Assembly (NCBI GenBank): GCA_046290225.1
Contig: JBKAGE010000043.1
Span: 39,003 to 103,002 of the forward strand
Length of the DNA stretch: 64,000 bases
From: Bradymonadia bacterium
GTDB taxonomy: Bacteria; Myxococcota_A; Bradymonadia; UBA7976; UBA1532
Direction: 5' to 3'
The position numbers and the translations under genes were made by a program. Shown one piece after another: positions 60,001 through 64,000 of this stretch (positions are counted from its first letter, which is position 1; each line of letters begins with the position of its first letter). The notes under the pieces were generated by a model. It saw only the letters and a list, made by a program, of their open reading frames with translations, was not told the DNA's origin and searched no databases.

Positions 60001-63000
60001 CATCTGCGCTGATGATGGCCACGGGATCCACACCGTGCACCGTGAGGGTGGTGGTGTCGGTCGAGCTGAGGCCGATGCTGTCCCGGGCGCGGAGCGTGAC
60101 GACATAGTCGCCCGGGCTGTCGATGCCGAAGCCGGCGAGGTCCTGGGCCGTGAGCGCCAGGGTCATCTGAAGATCGTCAAAACCGCTGGCCCGGGTGAAG
60201 CTGTAGTCGTAGGTGCCATCGCCGTCGATGTCCCACTCCATGGTCTTCACGTAGTCGTTGAACTCCACGAGATCGGGATCGGTGGTGTTGCTGCCGTCGA
60301 AGGTCACCCCCTGGCCAAGATCGATGGTGTAGCCATCCTCGGGCAGGTCGTCATCGGGGTCAGCATCGGTGCTGGGAGGCGTCGGGGGGGGCTTGTAGGC
60401 CGCCTGGAAGGTCGTTGTGGCCTGAGTACCTGCGTTGTCGGTGACGGTCAGGCGAATCGTCCGGGTCACCTGACCATCGGGCATCTCGGGGAAGAAGATC
60501 GGGATGTTGGCGCTGGCGCCATTGGCATCAATGCTGCCGTCGTCATCAACATCCCAAGCCCACTGTACGATGCCCCGGTTCGGGTTCTCGTGATACGAAC
60601 GAGTGCCGTCCAACAGTACAACCGCGACGCCAGCGATGTTGGGGTCGAAGTCTTCGATCAGAATGGCCCCCACCTCAGGGTCCTGGATGCCCACGGCGAT
60701 GGGGTTCGAGCCGTACAGCGTCAAGATGGCCACGTCTTCGTTGGTGGCGCCGAGGCTGTCGGTGACCCGCACTCGAATCTCGTGCTTGGGCAAGCCCGTG
60801 CGTGGGTTGGCGCGCTCCAGGCCGAGGGCGAGCAGAGCGTTGCCACTGACGGTGGGGTTGGGGCCGACAGCATCGTCGTACTGGCCGTCACCGTCGAGGT
60901 CCCACTCATAGCTCACGATGCTGTCACCACAGGCCCCATCAGGATCCGAGGAGCCAGCAGCGGAGAAGATGAAGTCCGATTCTGTGAAGTCTGTGTAGGG
61001 GCCATTGGCCCTGGCCGCCGGGGCGCTGTTGCCCTGATCCACAGTGATGACTGCGTAGAACACGTCGACGGTGCCCCAGCCATCAGTGGTGCGCAGGCCC
61101 ACGTTGAGCTCGCCAAAGGCGTCGGGTGTGAGCTGCCTGAGCGCGCCCTCGGCATCATCAAAGTTGCCGTCGCCGTCGAGATCCCACTCAAAACTCACGA
61201 GCTCCCCATCCGGGGCGAGGTGGCTCGAGCAGCCAGCGTCGAGGGTGATGGCCTGACCGCAGGCGCCGCGGTTGGGATTGGCGTTGAAGCACGACACAGG
61301 GCGGTTGTTGAAGATCGTCAGCGTCGTGTCCGAATCAGTCGAAGCGCCGCTGCTGTCCGTCACTCGCAGCGAAATCGGCAGCGCCTCACCACGGGCGAGG
61401 CCGCTCAGTACACCCGCGCCGACGGTGGGGGTGAGACCCACTGCGTCGTCGTACTGGCCGTCGTTGTCGAGGTCCCAGGCTGCGTTGATGCTGTCACCAC
61501 ACGTCGTGTTGGGATCAGAGCCTGTACCTGCCAGGGTGAGGTCATCGCCTTCGTTGACTGTGTAGGGGCCATTGGCGTTGGCCGACGGAGGCAGGTTCTC
61601 TGCCGCCTGGACTGTGACCACCACCGAAGTGAGATCGTTGCCCGGCTCGGGCTCCGTGGCGTCGACCACTCGGAGCGTGGCGTTGTACGAGCCGCGACCA
61701 GCATAGGTATGATCGAAGGTCTGATTCAGATCGGCGGTTTGGAAGTCGGCCTGGGCGCCTGTGTCCCACCAGAGACCGTCAGAGGCATCTACATCCCACT
61801 GATAGGCCACGATCTGGTTGTCGGGATCAGGATGGAAGCTGTTCGAGTGGTCGAATGTCACTGCACCGGCGCCAGCACCAGCGCATCCTTCGATCACCGT
61901 GCTCGGGGTGGCGGAGCCCAAGGCCTCGGGGCGCGGGTCGAACAGCGTGGGGGTGAGGATGAAGACACCATATGCGGTGCCGAGATCCCAGCTGACATAG
62001 TTCTGGGAGATGTAGGAGTCGTAGCTCAGCCAGTAGCCGTTGTTGTGCTGAGCGCGAATCAGATAGACGCTGAACTCCCTGAACCAGTCATGATCTCCAT
62101 AGGCTGCCAGCTCGGGCACCATGGCCCGTGCACCCTTCTGGGTACTGAACATCGAGTACATCTTGCCGCAGGTGGTGCAGCCAGAGTTGTAGTTGTTGTC
62201 GGTCCAGTGACCGGTCCAGTTGTCGTCGAGGAACGTGTAGAAGTCGTCGTAAATCTCGCGGGCTTCACAGCGGGTCACTGTGGTGTAGGGCTGATAGAGC
62301 TGCTCGTTGGGATCAATGCCGTTGCTGCCATCGCAGTTGAACTGGTCCGTGTCGTTCCATCCCAGCAAACCAGCAGCGACCAAACCACCACCAGTGAGGT
62401 TCCAGTGCCCGTTGTTGTAGGGGGCGCTCGTGTTGGTGTATCGCACAGCACCGTCGAGCCAGTTGTTGGAGTGATAGACCGTGTAGCGCAGGTTGTTGGC
62501 GATGCGCTTTTTCACGTGCTCGTTCAAGATGACCCCATAGGGGGCCATGGCGCGCCACGCACCCTCCACGCCGATGTAACCCCACATGGCCAGTGAGCCA
62601 TATGCCTGGGATGCCCCCGAGCGGTTGGGATAGTACGACCAGGAGCCCATCCCGTTGACGTCTGCGTTGCCGTCCATCTGGGCAAAGACCAGCCAGTCCA
62701 TCATCTGCTGCACGATGAAGGGCCAGGTCTTGCCCTCGACATAGTTGTCGTCGCCGATCTGGGTCACGGTCCCTACGAGGTGCACTGTGCCCACGGCGAT
62801 CCCGCCGATGGCATGGGGGCTGGGGTAGACGGGGCCGCGGTTACCATTCCAGTAGAGGCCAACCCCATCGTTGGTGCCGGCGATGGGGGCCTCGCCGTCA
62901 TCGCTCTCGTCGATGTCGGGGATGTTGGTCTCCACCGCCATGGTGTTGAGCAGGTGGTTGATGCACCGCATGGCATCTTCTGCGTAGGGGGAGTTGTTCC

Positions 63001-63691
63001 ACAGTGTGTTGTTCTGAGAGACCCAGTCGGCGGTCTCGGGCCCCTGGTAGGTCCCAGGCGGGTAGGCGGCATAGTGGCCGTTCAGGGCGAGGGTCCAGAT
63101 GAAGGCGCCGTTGAAAGCCACATCACCATCGGTACCCGAAGAGCTACCAGCTGTCTTATCGACCATCCCAGTCAGATCGGCGCCGTTGCCCGACCGGTTC
63201 GTCATCTGGAGGTGCATCAACCACAAGGCGCGGCTGATGGCCCGGGTGCGCAGGATGTTCAGCTGATCTGCATTGGCCGAGTTCGCGTTGGCGATGCTCG
63301 GTACATCCGCATAGATCTGAACAGGGAAACTGCCGAATGCCGTGGCGCCGGTGCTGTCCACCACCCGAATGTTGGCGACGAACAGCGTGTCGTTGGCCTG
63401 GTTGGGGTACGTGTAATCCGAAGACAGATTGTAAGCGTCATTGGTATTGAAGGTCGTGTCCCACGTGCCATTGCCGTCGAAGTCCCACGACACTGTATAG
63501 GGCGCCGTTCCATCGCGTACGATGGCCATGAAGCGTGTCGACTCTCCATTGACCGCCACACTTGGCACAGTGGTGTCCAGCGGGTTGCGCGCCACTGTCA
63601 CCACGTCAAGTGCATGGCTCATTGTGGGGGCAAACAGGCACCCAGCAATGAGCAGGGGCAGTGCCCCAAACTTCTTGTCCCAAAACTTCAT
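57050..63691 (-). CDS. 2213-aa secreted/surface protein: prenyltransferase-like alpha/alpha barrel, ~9 PKD-like Ca-binding repeats, TSP type-3 repeats, ~410-aa hexapeptide left-handed beta-helix
   Basis: Signal peptide (SHA|LD; also IAGC lipobox-like); QW-like motifs DWLVFAQ..GSWSY and YLIRAQHNNGYW; repeated P.A.ANGPY..S.DP..YEWDLDGDGQYDDA; DGDLVPDVEDNCP..DTDGDGLGDACD; [IV]GxNxx repeats at ~57060-58300. Confidence 0.88.
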   Translation of the reverse strand: MKFWDKKFGALPLLIAGCLFAPTMSHALDVVTVARNPLDTTVPSVAVNGESTRFMAIVRDGTAPYTVSWDFDGNGTWDTTFNTNDAYNLSSDYTYPNQANDTLFVANIRVVDSTGATAFGSFPVQIYADVPSIANANSANADQLNILRTRAISRALWLMHLQMTNRSGNGADLTGMVDKTAGSSSGTDGDVAFNGAFIWTLALNGHYAAYPPGTYQGPETADWVSQNNTLWNNSPYAEDAMRCINHLLNTMAVETNIPDIDESDDGEAPIAGTNDGVGLYWNGNRGPVYPSPHAIGGIAVGTVHLVGTVTQIGDDNYVEGKTWPFIVQQMMDWLVFAQMDGNADVNGMGSWSYYPNRSGASQAYGSLAMWGYIGVEGAWRAMAPYGVILNEHVKKRIANNLRYTVYHSNNWLDGAVRYTNTSAPYNNGHWNLTGGGLVAAGLLGWNDTDQFNCDGSNGIDPNEQLYQPYTTVTRCEAREIYDDFYTFLDDNWTGHWTDNNYNSGCTTCGKMYSMFSTQKGARAMVPELAAYGDHDWFREFSVYLIRAQHNNGYWLSYDSYISQNYVSWDLGTAYGVFILTPTLFDPRPEALGSATPSTVIEGCAGAGAGAVTFDHSNSFHPDPDNQIVAYQWDVDASDGLWWDTGAQADFQTADLNQTFDHTYAGRGSYNATLRVVDATEPEPGNDLTSVVVTVQAAENLPPSANANGPYTVNEGDDLTLAGTGSDPNTTCGDSINAAWDLDNDGQYDDAVGLTPTVGAGVLSGLARGEALPISLRVTDSSGASTDSDTTLTIFNNRPVSCFNANPNRGACGQAITLDAGCSSHLAPDGELVSFEWDLDGDGNFDDAEGALRQLTPDAFGELNVGLRTTDGWGTVDVFYAVITVDQGNSAPAARANGPYTDFTESDFIFSAAGSSDPDGACGDSIVSYEWDLDGDGQYDDAVGPNPTVSGNALLALGLERANPRTGLPKHEIRVRVTDSLGATNEDVAILTLYGSNPIAVGIQDPEVGAILIEDFDPNIAGVAVVLLDGTRSYHENPNRGIVQWAWDVDDDGSIDANGASANIPIFFPEMPDGQVTRTIRLTVTDNAGTQATTTFQAAYKPPPTPPSTDADPDDDLPEDGYTIDLGQGVTFDGSNTTDPDLVEFNDYVKTMEWDIDGDGTYDYSFTRASGFDDLQMTLALTAQDLAGFGIDSPGDYVVTLRARDSIGLSSTDTTTLTVHGVDPVAIISADGEQAGCGAPVNFSAAESYHQHPDRVITRYEWDFDGDGVADSAQASGSFLYPAFGDYTVTLTVTDDTDRSHSATYTVIVRGGNQAPVAATNGPFTINVGEDLSYDGSGSSDPNGNCGDTITRYEWDFDGDGVAEYAGPNANGIYGFGPLSNLDAFAVANPSTGEPKMTVNLTVVDGQGVSDLISTTLTVYGTEPVANAGVDQANVGCQTPVTFSSAGTYHQDPRRSINSYQWDLDYDGNSFDVDLIGQSPSHTFTSPGVHTVALRVTDTQGNTDIDTVTVTLSVDNVAPSADAGGPYQTAIINDNPVPVRLDASGSFDANAPCDSIVSYAWDLDGDGQYDDADGPVVEGYTNPNWAPGLSQVVRVQVTDEGGLTADAQVLIQVQTEPPPSVEALGPEAGLRICGQTQATFNVSDPEGDIVTVIATMSGQEIGRVDVDTPDDGSSVGGSINFNPGDFDDGDYLVTFTARDAGGGEASDVTDGTFAITCDSDADGDLVPDVEDNCPNDANLDQSDTDGDGLGDACDACIFDANNDVDGDGVCGDVDNCPRHANPGQVDDNGDGHGDACVDPSADFGLRGEVGEGVAVGANADLGNDGRIGDNVEIGDNADFGNAVDLGNNAQIGDDVAVGRDFDLGENAQVGNGVNAGDFVNVGNDVQIGDGVQIGQDADIGDRAVIEGGDNPAELRFGAQVGNDARVGAGAVVGNGSSVGANADVGENVEIQPNSSVGDNSVVGDNTQIRANSEVGNDANFGSGVTVADYVEIGDNVALGDNTSIRYGARFGNDISVGANSNIGGVVEDGVTIGTNANVRGRTTIGTGTTIGNNLSMRSLDVIGANGTIGDGLTTGSRVTVGDNANFGNNVTLNYRATVGNNVTLGDEAQIDNGTLVGDGSNIGARTRVYSRSTIGANVTIGQDCIILGRTTIGDGTVIEDYTIIYYSADIGANVVIRNSGAPDTPRNIGNRHGQVTIGDGVEIDEDVADYSNIQ

Positions 63692-63738
63692 GAAAATCTC
63701 CCGAACGAAACCTCAGCGCTCTCCTGGGGATTTTCATG
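63689..63738 (-). promoter_or_regulatory. 5'-UTR inverted repeat sequestering the RBS and start codon of the 2213-aa gene
   Basis: Minus-strand arms CATGAAAATCCCC and GGAGATTTTCATG pair at 12 of 13 positions. Confidence 0.6.
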
Positions 63739-63801
63739 TTTTGGTAAGCGAATGTAAACGAGTGTCTGACTGTTTCTCGTCAACTCTCTGAAAGGGGAAG
63801 G

Positions 63802-63824
63802 TTGGGTAACAGGGGGTTACCCAA
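63802..63824. promoter_or_regulatory. Perfect palindrome TTGGGTAAC-N5-GTTACCCAA (operator or stem-loop)
   Basis: 9-bp perfect inverted repeat in the intergenic region between the tandem paralogs. Confidence 0.45.
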
Positions 63825-63885
63825 GAGGGACAGGTGGGATCAGTAGGTGAGGCCCCATAGATCAGGGCCTCTCCGTCAATACAGC

Positions 63886-64000
63886 CTACTGGATGTTGGC
63901 AAAGTCAGCGACATCCTCGTCAATGTCGACGCCGTCACCGATGGTGACCTGGCCGTGACGGTTGCCGATGTTGCGGGGGGTGTTGGGGGCGCCACTGTTG
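63886..64000 (-). CDS. C-terminal end of a tandem paralog of the 2213-aa beta-helix protein (partial, continues beyond window)
   Basis: Translates to NSGAPNTPRNIGNRHGQVTIGDGVDIDEDVADFANIQ*, versus NSGAPDTPRNIGNRHGQVTIGDGVEIDEDVADYSNIQ* ending at 57050. Confidence 0.9.
   Translation of the reverse strand, partial: NSGAPNTPRNIGNRHGQVTIGDGVDIDEDVADFANIQ

Noticed and set aside
61950..63300. True squalene-hopene cyclase or alpha-2-macroglobulin thioester domain
   Set aside because: QW-like barrel motifs are present, but I found no DXDD cyclase motif or CGEQ thioester motif, and the protein appears exported.

Overview
GC-rich bacterial chromosome segment, most likely Myxococcota or a related predatory lineage (inferred from Glt-type gliding genes). 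Left to right: (1) 1-17 kb, minus strand: four tandem lipoproteins built from choice-of-anchor D/ASH Ig-like repeats (one ends in a VWA domain, two end in PKD-like plus YfaP-like domains), then YkgJ, a hypothetical protein, a beta-propeller lipoprotein and a >1350-aa TPR-DUF3857-transglutaminase lipoprotein that runs off the left edge. (2) 17.3-29 kb, plus strand and divergent from (1): a gliding-motility-like cluster (CglB-like VWA lipoprotein, GltA/B-like barrel, GltC, GltD, GltE, two GltF, GltJ-like). (3) tRNA-Leu(CAA), a TPR-YggX fusion and a lipoprotein. (4) A housekeeping backbone cpoB-like/LysM/dprA/topA/trmFO/xerC/hslV/hslU/argB/argD/argF, in which TopA appears to lack its domain II arch. 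The backbone is interrupted by accessory genes, including a ~550-bp structured foldback element followed by a DUF1501 + heme/ankyrin lipoprotein pair. (5) 54-64 kb, minus strand: a discoidin-GT-C-like membrane protein, a 2213-aa secreted barrel/PKD/TSP3/hexapeptide beta-helix protein whose start codon lies in a hairpin, and the near-identical C-terminus of a tandem paralog at the right edge. No CRISPR array, rRNA or transposase was seen. All family calls come from motif recognition by eye, not from database searches.
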